Of a DNA stretch of 64,000 nucleotides, positions 22,520 to 36,900 are shown in pieces. The DNA comes from Squalus acanthias (Eukaryota): positions 149,422,001-149,486,000 of the forward strand of contig CM059431.1 of the NCBI GenBank assembly GCA_030390025.1, written 5' to 3'. The notes below the pieces were generated by a model. It was not told the origin of the DNA. It saw nothing but the letters and a program-made list of their open reading frames with translations, and did no database searches. Within the stretch, counting starts at the first letter, position 1. Each line of letters begins with the position of its first letter. The translations under genes were made by a program, and so were the position numbers.

Positions 22520-22990
22520 AGTCCAAAGACATTGTCGTCGGTCCTCGTCAAAAAACTCATTTTTTTATTGATCAATTCAGTCCCCCTCCCTGATCAACGT
22601 CCGAGGATGAACCAGATTGTTAGCAACCATGGCGTTCACTTTCAGCCTGTGCTGAGTTCCGACCACATATCCTATGAACCATCAGTCCTGCCGACGACCG
22701 CCTCCATAATATCGACCGTCTCCGCACCTCCTCAGCACTTCCGCAGCATAAAACCTTCACCGTGCCTTTGTTAAACCTCACTCGACTATTCCAATACTCT
22801 TCTAGATGGCCTCCCAGTTACAAGCCTCCATCAACTAGAGCTGATCCAAAACTCCTAAGACGCATCATGTCCCGTTCACCCATCACTCCTTTGCTCAAAG
22901 ATCACCATTTGCTCCCGATCAGGAAAGGCCTCTATCTTAATATTCTCATCCTTAAGATCAAATCCCACCATGGCCTCACCACTCCAATTT
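22520..22990 (+). mobile_element. Degenerate L2-like 3' fragment
   Basis: SRSPITPLLKDHHLLPIRK..ILILK resembles the L2 HITPVLxxLHWLP motif. Confidence 0.6.
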
Positions 22991-23164
22991 GTCCCATTTT
23001 CATGTTCTTTTTCCATTGTACTTCAAATTGTTACCCTTTAAGTATTTATACAATTCCCCTTTTAATTTAATTTCTTCCCTGCTGTACCTCTCCTAGTCTT
23101 TCTGTCTCTAATTTTCTTTGTCTCCGTCTCTCACTCTCCCCCTTCTCTCTCTCTGTCTCTTGCT

Positions 23165-23545
23165 CATAGTGTCAAAGAATGGTACAGCACAGTAGGAGGA
23201 CATTCGGCCCATCGTGTCAGTGTCTTCTCTTTGAAAGAGCTGTCTCATTATTCCTACTCTTTAGCCAGAGCCCGGTAAAAAAAATTCCATTCAACTAATT
23301 ATCCCACTCCCTTTCGATAGTTACTCCTGAATCTACTTCCACCACGTTCTCAGACAGTGCATTCCAGATCAGAGCAACTCACTGCAAAAAGTTAATTCTC
23401 CTCATCTCTCCTCTGGGTCTTTTGCCTATTAACTTAGTTCTGTGTACTCTGGTAACCCAAGTTTCTGCCACTGGAAAACAATTCGAATTATGCGCACTAT
23501 GAAATCCAATCAACATTTTTAATATCTATATTAAATCTCCCCTTA
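23165..23545 (-). mobile_element. CR1 3' end fragment
   Basis: Similar to 18985-19370. Confidence 0.7.
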
Positions 23546-23729
23546 TGAAAAAGGGCAAAGATAGACCAGGTGCAAACGTTTTCAATTGGGGAAAGGCCAA
23601 TTTTACTAAGCTCAGCTGCTATTTAGCAAAAGTGAACTGGTAAGCAGCTACTTGAAGGTAAATCAGTGTCAGAGCATTCAAGGAGGAGATAGTGAGGGTT
23701 CAGAGCAAATATGTCCCCCCAAAGAAAAA

Positions 23730-24185
23730 CAGAAAGGAAAGACTTGCATTTATATAGCGCCTTTCACGACCACCAGACGTCTTAAAGCGCTTACAGCCAA
23801 TGAATACTTTTGAAGTGTAGTCACTGCTGTATTGTAGGAAACGCGGCTGCCAATTTGCACACAACAAGCTCCCACTAATAGTAATGTGTAAATGACCAGA
23901 TAATCTGATTTGTTATGTTGACTCAGGGATAAATATTTGCCAGGACACCTCACCTGCTCTTCATCGAAATAGTGCCATGGGCATTTTTACGTCCACCTGA
24001 TGGAGCAGACGAGGCCGACGTTTAAAGTCTCATCCGAAAGACGTTACCTCCGACAGTGCAGCACTCCCTCAGCACTGCACTGGAGTGTCAGCATTGTTTT
24101 ATATGCTCAGGTCCCTGGAATGGGACTTGAACCCAAACCTTCTGACTCAGAAGCGAGTGTGCAACCAACCGAGCCACATCTGACA
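23730..24185 (-). mobile_element. Full-length tRNA-derived DeuSINE (SacSINE1-like) inside a CR1 fragment
   Basis: Minus strand has A box TGGCTCGGTTGG, B box GGGTTCAAGTCCC, Deu domain (GAGGGAGTGCTGCACTGTCGGAGG..TCTTTCGGATGAGAC) and tail GGCGCTATATAAATGCAAGTCTTTC. Confidence 0.88.
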
Positions 24186-24274
24186 AAAAGGATGAGACTC
24201 TCAAATTTAGGGCCCACTGGATGTCAAAAAGCATACAGGGAAGAAGAATGTAAATAAGGGAAGCTTTTGTCTAA

Positions 24275-25972
24275 TGTAGAATTCGCAATATATCGCGATT
24301 TTATAAATAAGGAGAAAACACATAGTTTCGTTCAAACAGCTTTATTTCAGCAGAATGCTCTCAGGTTTTCAAAGTGGACACAAGCAGCTTGTAAAATGGC
24401 CGCCACGCCTCGTGGCAGAACATTCTAGACTTTTCGACAAGCAGACAAGATGGCGTTCCAATAAACATTTGTGCAAGATCGATCAAGACTAAGCACATTT
24501 AAGATAATACACGAGACATCATGGGTTTGCAGTATACACATAAATACTGAAATCGGTCTCCCAGGTGCGAATAAGGGCTATTGTACCAAGTAATCAAGAA
24601 CCCATCCAAAGACATTAATATGCAAAATCCCAACGACTCTACGATGAGAGAGCCGTTAGCGGGTAGTTACAGAAAACATTTGGGAGCCCCAAAACCCCTC
24701 CAGGGAGAACGCCGACCGATTAAACAATGGGAAAAATATTAACAGGTACTCAGACAGTTACGAGTATCCCCGAAACCCATTAAAACGGAGATCACCCTAT
24801 ACAATAAATTTGAGCGCCAAACCCTAACAAAAGAAAAGACATTAAGGTTGGGCGGGAAAAGGAAGAGTTTTGCACTATAACTGCAAGCTCCAACCGTCCA
24901 TCTTTCTCTTATCCTGCTGGCGTTTATCCTCGTGGCTGCTCTTGTGCTCTTATCCTTTCGACTCCTTGCCGCTTGCCTCGTGTCTCTGCCTCTTGCAGCT
25001 TGAAAGACTGTTGAACTTTACGATCTGCTAGGATCTGCCTCGTGGCTTGCCGCGAAGATCTGTGTGGAACCGGGCTGTGAAGCCTTGAAACGGGCGCACC
25101 ATCCCGAGAAGTCGGTAAACGGTGTTGGAACCGAAGGCCCGAGATGAGATGAGATGAGATGAGAAGAGAAGAAGATCATACGTATCGCCACGGTCAGTAA
25201 GCTCCGACCGCGCCTGTAGGTCGAATAGATACTTTCCTTGCCCAGGAAGACCATCTTTGAATTTTACAGAACAGCCAGGAAGACTATTCTTCGAATTTTA
25301 TCGCATCAGTGCGAGGGCACAGGAAGACTCTTTTTTTGAGTAGAGTCGGAACTCCGAGGACAACACAGATCTTCATGACAGCAGACGGTCCAGCCTGCTA
25401 GCCGGAGCAGAAACGAGTAAACAAGTGGGGTACAGAGACCTCTGATCAACACGTGGGTGATCAGGTGCTGCGGTGAAAAACATCCGATCAGAGTTTTCGG
25501 AATTCTCCGAGTTATCACGAGTGGTGAGCATGAGTCTCGATCCTACAAGTCTAGTTTAGAGCAGGTATTGATAGGGGAGGGTTTAAGTTTTAAGGATAAT
25601 TGTAATGTGTGCCCCCATTTACGATGTGTCGTTCGTTCCTCGTTTCCCTGAAATTAGTTACATAACTGCGTGTAAGATTGTACTGTCATTAATCTGTGCT
25701 TATGACATGTATTTCGTAATCTTAAATAATATGCAATAAAGATTTTCCATTTCGTACCGTTCAACCGGGTCTACCTGAGTTTTCTCTCCATTACTGCTCT
25801 CGCATCTAAGTCCAGTGTCAGAACCGTAAGGGCGAGTGGGTCGAACCACTCACAGGTGTTTAGTGCTCCCAGACTGGCTGGAGACCAGAACAGGCAATAA
25901 GGCCTAAACTCGCACTAGCATCCAGGCTGCACAGAGCCACACGAATCTCACAGGTTCAGAGAAACCCTTACA
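24275..25972 (+). mobile_element. Solo LTR (1698 bp)
   Basis: TGTA...TACA termini; 4-bp TSD CTAA at 24271-24274 and 25973-25976; TATA-like CTATAA ~24875, AATAAA ~25735; flanking CR1 sequence continues across it. Confidence 0.85.
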
Positions 25973-26029
25973 CTAATGCTGAGAGCCCACTACTGCAGAA
26001 AGCCTAGAGGAGTAAAGTAATTGCAAGGG

Positions 26030-28170
26030 TTTCATAGGATTACATAAGATTATATAGGATAATCGGCACAGAAACATTCCATTTGACCCAATCAGTCTAG
26101 ACCGGTATTTATGCTCCACTCGAGCCTCCACCCGTCTTTCCTCATCTAATTCTATCAGCATTGCCCTCTATTCCCTTCTCACTTTTAAGCTTATCTAACC
26201 GCCCCTTAAATGCATCCATACTATTCGCTTCAGCCATTACCAGTGGTAGCGTGTTCCACATTCTCACCACTTTCTGGATAAATAAGTTTATTCTGAATTC
26301 CCTATTTGATTTCTTTTTTGACTATCTTATATTGATGACCTCCAGTTTTCCTCTTCCCAAAAGTGGAAACATTCTCTCTGCGTTTATGCTGTCAAAATCT
26401 TTCATGATTTCAAGACCTCTATTGGGTCACCCCTCAGCCTTTTTTTTTCAAGTGAAAAGATATCCAGTGTGTTCATCCTTTCATGATATGTGTCCCCTCG
26501 CATTTCTGGTATCATCTTTGTAAATCTTCTCTGCACCCTCTCCAGTGCCTTCATGTCCTTTTTTTATAATAAAGCAATGCATATAGTAATCCAATTTTGA
26601 TCTAACCAAGTCCACACCATTGTTCGGTAGAAAGTTTCGCATAACTTCCCTACTCTACAATTCTATCCCTCTAGAAATAAACCATAGTGCTTGGGTTGCT
26701 TTTTGTATGGCCTTTTTAACCTGTGTCGATACTTTTCAGCGATTTGTATATTTGTACTCCTGGATCCCTTTGCACCTCTGCCCCAGTTTGGAATCTTATT
26801 TTCCAAGTAATATGTGAACTCCCTATTTGGCATAACAAAATGTAATACCTCACATTTATCTGTGTTGAACGTCATTTGCTAATTATATGCCAATTCTGCA
26901 AGTTTATTAAAGTCTTCTTGTAATTTGTTGCTGTCCTCCTCAGTGTTAGCCATCCCCTCCAAATTCGTGTCGTCCACACATTTTGAAATTATGTTTTTGG
27001 TTCTAAAAATCTAAATCGTTAATATAAGTTATGAACAACAGTGGTCCCAGCAGTGATACTTGTAGAACACCACTACCCTCCTTCTGCCAGGCTGATAAGC
27101 TACCCTTTATCCCTACTCTCTGCCAACTCTCTATTGCTGCCTGTGTTATTATCCTCTCCATCGCTTCGTGTCCCTATTCCGATCAAAACATACCTTTATC
27201 TATTGATATGCCTGTAACATATTTACCTTTTATTTTTTCCTTGATAATTTAATTTCCTCGTTCATGTTTGTCTTCCTAATTGATTTTTTTTACTTCCCTT
27301 CTAAAGCCTTCATATTCTCCCTTACCATACTCTCCCCTGCTGTCCATGTAGTGAATGTATGCCGCTTTCCTTCAGCTCAATTTTTACATTATGGCTTTAT
27401 TCATACACGGTGACTCATTAGTGTTTAGCTTGTTCTTGTTTATTCGCAGAATATTCATTTCCTGGACTCTGTTGAACACTGATTCAAAAGTTTCCCATTG
27501 CCGTTCTACATCATTGCTTGCGAATGTTGTCCATTTTATTTCCTAAGGTTCATTCTCAGCCCCTCAATATCGGCTGCTCTACAATCTATTGTTGTTGTCG
27601 TTGTCACACATGTGCCCTTCTCAATTATTATCTTAAAGCGTATGATATTATGTTCACTATTGCCTGTATGTTCCCCGACTTTAACTTTTGTTATCTGCTC
27701 CGTGTCATTTCACATTACTAGATCCAATAGTGAATACTTCCTTGTTGGGCTTACAAAGGAGTCTTGATCACATTGTAAAACTTGATTCCCTTATTCCTTT
27801 TACCCGACTGTTTTGTCCAATTTATCTGTGGGTATTTGAAATCCCCCATGATTATTATTCTATTTTCTTCACTAACTTCCCGAATTTGTCTGCATTTTTC
27901 TTCCTCCAACTCTTTTCCAAATTAGGTGGTCTGTTGAATACGCCATTAGTGTGATTGATCATTTATTAACTTTCATCTCTATACACAAGTAGTATATTTC
28001 TGTCTTGCTGATACCTGCGTCACTTTTATCTACTGCCATTATGGTATCCCTAATAAGTACGGCAACTCCACCTCCCCTTTTTCCCTCTCTCTATCGTTTC
28101 TAAATATGTGGGGAAAAAAATCCAAGTCCTGAATTTTCGGTAGGCATGTCTCAGTGAAAGCAAAGAGAGG
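26030..28170 (-). mobile_element. Degenerate CR1 (3' tail, RT and endonuclease pieces)
   Basis: MTFNTDKCEVLHF on minus strand; CR1 3' UTR at ~26040-26170. Confidence 0.75.
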
Positions 28171-29590
28171 GAATGGTAAAATATTAACACGTTAAATCAA
28201 GGAAAGCCCAAAGATGTTTTGTAAATACATAAAGTGCAAGTCGATAACTGAGGAAAGAGTAGGGCCTTTTAGAGACCAATAAGATAACATCTGTGTGGAG
28301 GTGGAAGACATGGATATGGTTCTTTCGGAATACATTTCGTCTGTCTTCACAGAAAAGAAGGATAATGCAGACATTGTAGTTACAGAGGAAGAATGTGAAA
28401 TATTAGATAGGAAGAGCATAAAGAGAGAGGAACTATTAAGAGGTTTTTTCTCTTTGAAAATAGATATGTCACAAGGCCCAGATGAAATGTATCCCAGGCT
28501 GTTAAGATAGACAAGATAAGGTTGTATCTGTGTAACTTGATTTAATTTGATAGGGAGGTAACGAGGAGGATCGATGAGGGTAGTGCATTACATACAGTCC
28601 CAATAGATATTAGCAAGGCATTTTACAACATCCAAAATTACACGATGGTAAAAAAAAAGTAAAATCCCACGGGATCCAAGGGAAAGTTGCAAGTTGGATC
28701 CAAAATTGGCTCAGTGGCAGGATGCAAAGGGAAATGTCCGACAGATGTTTTTGTGACTGGAAGGCTGTTTCCATTGGGTTTCTGCAGGATTCTGTACCAG
28801 GTCCCTTGCTGTTTGTGGTATATATCAATGATTTGGAACTCGATGATTAAAAAGTCTGCGGATTATAAAAAAATTGGCCGTGTGGTTGATAGTGAGGAAG
28901 AAAGCTGTAGACTGCAGGGAGATATCAATGGTCTGGTCAGGTGGACAGAAAAGTGTCAAATGGAAATCAATCCGGAGAAGTGGGGAGGGCTAACATTGCA
29001 AGGGAGTCCACAATAATTAGTAGAATACGGAGAAATGTAGAGGAACAGAGCGAGTTGAAGTCCTTGTCCACAGATCCGTGAAGTAGCAGGACAGCTAGGT
29101 TGGTATTTAAGAAGGTATACAGGATAACCAATTATATTAGCCGAGGCATAGAATATAACAGCAGAGAGGTTATGCTTATTCTCTAAAATGCAGAGGAGGT
29201 TGAGGGAGTGTTTTAACCAAGCTGCATAAAATTATGAGCGGCCTAGATAGAGTGGCTAGTAAGCAGCTATCCCTTCACAGAGAGGTCAATAACCAGGGGC
29301 ATAGATTTAACGTAATTGGCAGAAGAATTCGAGGAGAGTTGAGAATTCCATTTACCCAGTGTGTGGTGGGGATCTGGAACTCACTGCCTGAAAGGGTGAA
29401 GGAGGCAGAAACCCTCATCACATTAAAAAGTACTTGGATGTGCACTTTAAGTGCCACAACTTGCAAGGCTACGGACCAAGAGCAGGAAAGTGGAATTAGT
29501 CTGGATAGCTCTTTTGCGACCGGCGCAGACACGAAGTGCCGAATGGCCTCCTTCTATGCTGCACATTTCTATGATTCTGTGATTCTATTT
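28170..29590 (+). mobile_element. Degenerate CR1 ORF2 and 3' end
   Basis: SQGPDEMYPRLL, RLQGDINGLVRWTEK, FTQCVVGIWNSLPE; tail TTCTATGATTCTGTGATTCTA. Confidence 0.85.
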
Positions 29591-30370
29591 TCCTTAACCT
29601 TCGCTGCTCTAAAAAGAACAATCCCAGATGCTCCAGTCTCTCCATGTAACTGAAGTCCCAGATCACTGGTACCTTTCTGGTAAATCCCTACACCTTCTCT
29701 AATCCTTGATATGCTTGCAAAGTATGCTGCCCAGAATTGGACACAATGCTCCAGCTGCGGCCTAACCAGTGATTTAGAAAATGTTAGCATTTCTTCCTGG
29801 ATTGTGTTACTCTGTGTCGCTGTTTGTAAAGCCAAGGACTATGTCTGCTTTATTTGCAGCTGTCGCAATTTGTCCTGCCACCTTCAAAACATTCTTTAGT
29901 ACTCCCCACGTCTGTCTGATCGTGCACCCACTTTAAAATTGTACCGTTTAGTTTATATTGCCTCTGCTTATACTTCCTACCAAAATGTATCACTTCACAC
30001 TCCTCTGTGTTAAATTGTATCTGCCATGTAAGTCCCCATTTCATCAGTCTACCTGTATGCTCCTGAAGTCTGTAACTACCGTTCTCACTGATAATTAATA
30101 TTTCCGAGTTTCCTATCAACTGAAAAATTTGAAATTATGTGCTGTATACAAAAGTCCATGGCATTAATATACATGAAAAGCGCAATTGACCAATACCGAT
30201 CCTTGGGGAACCCCATTTTATACTGCCATCCTGTTTGAAAAATAACCATTTACCAGTACTTTCTGTCTCTTAGCCAATTTCCGAGCCATATTTCCACTGC
30301 CCCTTTAATCCCACGGGCTTCAATTTTGGTATTATGTGTTAGTTTATCAAAATCCTTTTGAAAAGATAGG
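29590..30370 (-). mobile_element. CR1 RT fragment
   Basis: SLVRPQLEHCVQFWA, WQIQFNTEECEVIHFG, ARGIKGAV..WL. Confidence 0.8.
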
Positions 30371-30739
30371 GAAATTGGGAAAGTGTGCGTAGTATCAATC
30401 ATAAAACCATAGAATTGATGAGCCATGTTACTTCTGACAAATTGTGTAGCAGAGCATGACGTCCACAAGGATCATAGGTCTCGTCTGGTTTCAATCAATG
30501 AATTACAAAATCATTGATTTTATTGCCAGTTTATTATTTATATTTATTTGTTCTCAGAATATTGGTGCGGCTGTTAAGGCCAGTATTGCTTGCCCAACCC
30601 TAGTTACCTATGATAAAATGGTGGTCCTTCATCTTTATCCGCTGCAGTCCATGTGGTGAAGATGCTTTCACAATACTCTTATGGAAGGAATTTCAGGCTT
30701 TTGACCCAGAGACGATGAAGGAACGGCGATATATTTGAA

Positions 30740-30935
30740 GGGTACGGTAGGATAGTTGTTTTATTGCTGAACTAGTAAACCAGATGCCGGGACGAAATAT
30801 CCTGTAGTTCAAATCACACCAGCTGGGGAATTTAAATTAAATTAATTAAACAAATCTATAATAAAATGCTAGTGTCAGGAATGGTAACCTTGAAACTACC
30901 GGATTGTAGTAAAAACACATCTGGTTCACGAATGT
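30740..30935 (+). mobile_element. SINE 5' half (3' half resumes at 42228-42435)
   Basis: Pol III-like head (GTTCAAATCACACC..GGGGAATTTAAATT) ending ..CATCTGGTTCACGAATGT; the continuation I recall for this shark SINE (TAGGGAAG.AAATCTGCC) appears at 42229. Confidence 0.65.
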
Positions 30936-30975
30936 GAGTGCGGTTTGCACAGAGTGCTGTGAGTTGGGTGAGTCA

Positions 30976-33900
30976 GGGAGGAGGAGACAGAAGAGAGAGC
31001 AACGAAGGACAGAGTGGAGTCCCTTTCCACCTCCACCACGCCTGCTGCTACAAGCTACAACTACAGCAACTTCTGCTGCTGATGTGCCAGAGGGGAGAGA
31101 GGAGAGGAGAGAGGAAAGGAGACCAATAACAACAACAGAGGGAGGCCATTCCATCACTGCCTCCCCAACTGGTCTCCATTACGAGAGAGGGAGAGAGGAG
31201 AAACAAAACCTAATCCTGCTTGGAAGGAGGGAGAGCGAGCCATCGATGAGAATAACATCTAGAGGTGGGTGTTAAAAAGGGCACTCTCCAAAATACTTTG
31301 TATTTGAGGTGGGGGGGAGGAAATAAGAAGGAGAAGACCGGGATAACAAGGGGTGTGTGTTGCTGTGTGTGGCTCTTTCTAATATCTGGAAAACAAATAA
31401 AGCTGGAGCTGCCCAGGCAAAGTCATCAATCTATTTCCCCATCTACAACATCGTTAAGACGTGGTGGTTGACTGAGCCTGGGTATCTCCAGCTTTATTTG
31501 TTTTCCAGGTGAAGACATCTTCACCCCCCACCAGAAGATCATCAACAAAGACTATAATTAACATCGGAGAGTGCCCCCCTTGGAAGCACCCACCCACCCA
31601 CTATCCTGAGTGGCGAACAGGCCCCTTCGGCCTCCCACCGTCCTTCCCCCTCTCTCTCTCTCTCTCTCTGCCTCTCTCTGCCTCTCTCTCTCTAACGAGG
31701 CACATCTAATTTTATTAATTACCCAATTGAGCAGAGGGGAGAAGGCCCCTCTCCCAATTCCAATCATCAAAGGGAGAGGTGTGCCTTCATTTTTAAAACA
31801 ACTCCCTCTGCTCGGGGATGAGTAAAAAAAAACAAGGCCATTTCAAACATCACCCGGCCTGCAACTTGGGGTGAGTGTAGCCCTTTTATAACACCTTATG
31901 ATGGCGAGCACATCTTCGCCGGCGACGGGGCCCGCAAGGTCGTACGTGGGTGTGGCAGCCACGGCCACAGCTGGTCCCGCTGCTTCTGCTGCCCCGTCGC
32001 ATTTCAGGCTATTGACCAAAAAGCTGGGGGTGAAGAGCTACACTCACCCCAACATGACCATAGAGGCTTGCGTCAAAGCCATGGCTGGGATAGTCAGCCC
32101 CTCAGCCATCGTAGCGGCCGCTAAAATGTACAGAAAGGCTGTGTTCTTCCTGGGGTCGGAGCGGGCGGTGGCACTGGCCATCACAAAGGGGCTTACCGTG
32201 GGCGGGACCTTCCTGCCGGTGGATCCGCTCGAGGCCAACGCGCAGCGAATCGTACAATCAAACGTCCCGCCCTTTGTTCTGGTTGAGCTCTTCCTTCCCC
32301 ACCTACGTTAACTGGGGGAGGTGAGGTCGGAGATTAATATGATCCCGCTCGGCTGCAGGGAGGCCAGCCTCCAGCACGTCTTCTCCTTCCGGCGCCAGCT
32401 GTTTATCCAGCTGGTGTGGGAGGAGGACACAGAAGGCACGTTTAGCGTCCAACTCGAGGGGACTGCCTAGCGCGTCTTATGTACATCGGACGGTGTGCGG
32501 TGCCACGCCTGTAAGGATGTGGGGCACATAAGAAAGAATTGCCACGCCTCCAAGGCCGCCAAAACATCTGAGGCGGCCAAGGCTGGCGCCGCCAACGCTC
32601 CTCCCCCTGTTTCGGTCCGCGCGTCCGCGACACCCGATGCGCGGTGAACGCCGGAGGTCGACGAAGTCGCGGCCTCCGGTGGAAGCGAGGGGGAGCGTCC
32701 GATCGGAAGGATGGCGCGGAGGAAAACTAAACACCTTCAGGCAGGTCCCCCAGATGTACATGATGATTTACCCGAGCTTACATCCCCGTACATTGCGCGG
32801 GTGGTTGCGGAGTTCGAGAGTGTGAGGGGCCTCGTTCCCGGGCCTGCGGCTGCAACCGCCGAGGCGGCAAAATCGAGACCTGCGGCCGTGACCGAGCCCA
32901 GGCCCTCCCAAGCAAGCCGATCAACAGGGGAGAGCGGAGGAGGAGGTCTCGGTAATCATGGAGTTCTCCCAACCTCCGTGTTCCTCCACACTGAAAAGGA
33001 GGCGAGACGCCCTGCAGGATGAGGAGGACCGTGAGGAACAGGGTCCCCCCTCGCAAGGGGAGTCGTCGCTCGCCGCGGGTGCTGAGCCCCCCCCCCCCCC
33101 CCGCCCGTCACCGTCACAGACATCCGGCAGGGGTTGCCTGTCCACCGGGAGGGCACGACAGATGAGTCTGTCCAGCCTGTGCCTCCCGGGGATGGGGAAG
33201 AGACCCTGCTCGTGGGGTGGGGGGCCGCGGAATTATCCACTGAGGGACAATATATGGAACCGTTGTTTCTCGCCAGGTCGGGTGTCCTTCGGACCGGGGT
33301 GGGCGAGGCCGATGAGGATGAGCCCGCTGTATACGGTCAGGACTACTCCCAGGTGCTGCTCGACCTGGTGGAGCAAATAAATCAAGATCCCCAGTCCGCT
33401 GGGTCAGTGGATGGTGGCGGTGAAGGGGAAGGCCCCCTGACTCCGTCTCCGACGCTGGCGCCGGGGGTGTTGGAGGTACTGGCATTAATGTACTACGCGG
33501 TTTCCCCATGCACCCCGGTGCTGGGGGTGGACGGGGGTCCTGAGCCGCCGCTGCTTCCTGACCCGGTGCCTCAGGGGTTGGGATAGGGGTAGAGGTAGGG
33601 CCAGCTGATGGTGACCCCCTGGAGGAGGACGCGGACCCGACGGAGGAAACTGAGGATGACATGGAATCCGTTGCCAACGAGGCGGCGGACACCCTCGTGC
33701 CCCCCTCCGGGACCCCCCTCTTCCCCATTGTGGAACTCCGGGACTTTGTGACCATGGGCCGGGGTCGCCAGGATATAATCCGGCTGGCCATTGATAAATG
33801 GTCGGATCTGGCGCTGCTCGTTTGCTCCGTCCGCGCCGCCGTCAAAACCATGGGCCCGGCCGAGCGACGTCGGATCCGGAAGTTCCTCGCTGGGATTAGA

Positions 33901-36900
33901 AGGGAGTGGCGGTCGAATACCGGCCGCGCTCCCTCCTCCCGTTAGAGTAAAGTAGACGTTTCAGTATGCTCTTGTCATGAAGATAACATCAACGGCAGCA
34001 GAGAGGCACGCTGTAGATTTAATAACTTCTCATCACTTCAGGAAGTGAGGCATGCGGTGTGCTTCCTGCTGGAAACTCACACCGTTCCGGAAGACGAGGC
34101 CACGTGGATCCTTGAGAGGCGAGGAGGGGTCAGCATGAGTCACCTCTCCAACATTTCCGGCCGGGTGGCTATCTTGCTGGCCCCGCATTTTCAGCAAGAG
34201 ATCTTGGGAGTCAAGGAGCATGTGCCAGTCCGCTTGCTCCAGGTCACTGTTCGCCTGGGAGCGTACCGCTCCATTTAGTGAATGTGTACGCCCCCCAGGC
34301 CGGCGTGTAGCAAGTGCGCTTCTTCGAAGCAGTGTCCGCTCTTCTGGGCACCATCGACGTCGGCGAGTGCGTCATCCTCGGGGGGATTTTAATTGTACCC
34401 TCGAGGCGAGGGACCATTCGGGTCCTCCGCGAAGCCTGGAGGCAATGGTTAAGTTGAGGGACCTGGTCGGGTCCTTCGACTTGTTGGACGTCTGGCGAAA
34501 TCTCCATCCCGACTCCAGCGCCTTCACTTGGGTGGGGTCTGGAAGTGGAAGGTCCAGAATCGGCCGCCTTTATATTTCCCTGGCGTACATCTCCTGTATT
34601 CGGGCCGCTTCCATGAGGCCGGTGCCATGCACGGACCACCACATGGTATGGGCGGAGCTCGCTCCGTTGCGGGCGCCGGGGGTTCCGCATACTGGCATTT
34701 TACAAACTGCTGCTGGAGGACGTGCGGTTCCAGGATTCGTTTCGCCGGTTCCGGGCCGACTGGTGAAGGAAGCAGGGGGGCTTCAACTCCTTGAGGCTAT
34801 GCTGGGACGTGGGCAAGGCTCCCGTCCGTCTCTTCTGTCAAGAGTATGAGAGGGAGTCGTCCAAGAGGCGGGAGGCCCGGGTCGGGAGGTTGGAGAGGGA
34901 GGTGCTCGACCTGGAGTCCCGTCTCTGGCAAGTCGTCGAAGACCCGGCCCTGCGGAAGGTGTACGAAGAGAAGAAGGGCGCGCTGAAGGACCTGCAGCTC
35001 GTCGGGTCCCGAGGCGCGTACGTGAGGTCGCGGATCCAGTTCCTCCGGGAACTGGACCGTGGCTCCCCCTTCTTCTACTCTCTGGAAAAAAGACTGGGGT
35101 CTGTAAGCAGCTCTTGGGGCTGCTGGCCGACGACGGATCTCTGGTCTCGGATCCAGAGGGGATCAGCGCGGAGACCCGGGCCTATTACGGGTTTCTTTTC
35201 TCTCCGGATCAGTCCAGCGAGGCTGCGCGCAGAGTTTTGTGGGAGGGTCTGCCGAGGGTCGGCCCGGAGGGCGTCGAAGAATTGGACGCTCCGCTAAGCA
35301 TGGCGGAGCTGACCGGCGCCCTCGGCCAGCTCTCGAGGGGAAAGTCCCCAGGGCTGGACGGGCAGACCGTTGAGATCCACAGGGCATTCTGGGAGATCTT
35401 GGGGGGCGACTATGCGCAGGTCCTGGGGGAACGTCTGGCGACCGGGGAGATGCCCCTCTCTTGGCGCAGGGCAGTCATCTTCCTGCTGCCCAAGAGGGGT
35501 GATCTCCGCCTTTTAAAAAACTGGCGCCCGTTCTCCCTCCTCAGCACGGACTATAAAATTTTTGCCAGGGCCATGTCTGCCCGACTCGGAAAAGTGCTGG
35601 CCCACACGATCCACCCCGACCAGTCCTACACGGTCCCGGGCTGGACAATCCACGACAACATCCATCTGGTCCGGGACCTGGTCCACATTTCCCAGAGGGC
35701 TGGTCTGTCGGTCGCCTTCCTTTCCCTGGATCAGGAGAAGGCTTTCGACAGCGTGGATCATGAGTATCTGTTCGGAACTCTGTTGGATTCAGGTTCGGGA
35801 CGCATTTCGTTGCCCGGATCCGACTTATGTATGCCGCGGCGGAGTGTCTGATTAAAGTTAATGATTCTTTGTGGTCGCCCCTTCGCTTTGGGAGGGCGGT
35901 ACGTCAGGGATGCCCCATGTCCGGCCAGTAATATGCCGTTTGCGTGGAGCCTATCCTGCGCCTCTTGGGGAAGAGGTTGACGGGACTGGCTCTGCAAGTG
36001 CCGGGCGTGGAGGGCGTCCTCTCAGCTTACACCGATGACGTGCTCCTCATGGTCACGGATCCCATCGACTTGCGGAGGATGCGAGAATGCCAGCAGATTT
36101 ACTCGGACGCATCCTCCGCCAGGATCAACTGGGAGAAATGTTCTGTACTCCTGGTGGGCCAGTGGCGGGTGGACACCCTGCCGGAGGAGTTCAGGCCCTT
36201 TGCCTGAAGCACAACGCACCTCCTCTACTTGGGAGTCTACCTCGGCCCGGCCAAGGACACCTGGTCGGCGAACTGGCAAGAGCTGGAGGCCAAAGTCACC
36301 GCTCGCCTAGGACGCTGGACGGGGTTGCTCCGAGTGTTGTCCTACAGGGGTCGAGCGCTGGTCATAAACCAGATGGTGGCCGCCATGTTGTGGTACCGGT
36401 TGGTCACTTTGATCCCGTCCCCTGCGTTTGTCGCCAAGATACAGAAGATGTTCATCGACTTCTTCGAGGACAAAAGGAAGCACTGGGTCTCTGCCGCGGT
36501 TTTATTTCTCCCGCTTAGGGAGGGCGCTCAGGTGCTGGTGTGCCTTTGCACCCAGGCGGCGACATTCCGTCTTCAGATGCTGCAGAGGTACCTTTACGTC
36601 GAGAATCCTCCCAGATGGTGTGTGCTGGTGACGTATTTCTTCTGCCAGATGCACGGCCTCAACTATGACACGCAGCTCCTGTTTGTGGAATTGGACCTCA
36701 CGCAAGCCTATCTGTGGGAGCTGCCTGTCTTCTACCAGGAACTGCTATAGGTCTGGAACCAGGTCGCCTCCAGGTGGAGTTCTCCCCCATCAGGAGTGGT
36801 GGCTCTCCTTCAGGAGCCGCTGCTCAGAAATCCGCACCTCCACGTCCGACGTATCGGGTGGCTGGCGGAGGGCAGGGCTGTGCCTGGTAAGGTGACCAGA

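Noticed and set aside
24100..24185. tRNA gene
   Set aside because: tRNA-derived SINE head followed by Deu domain
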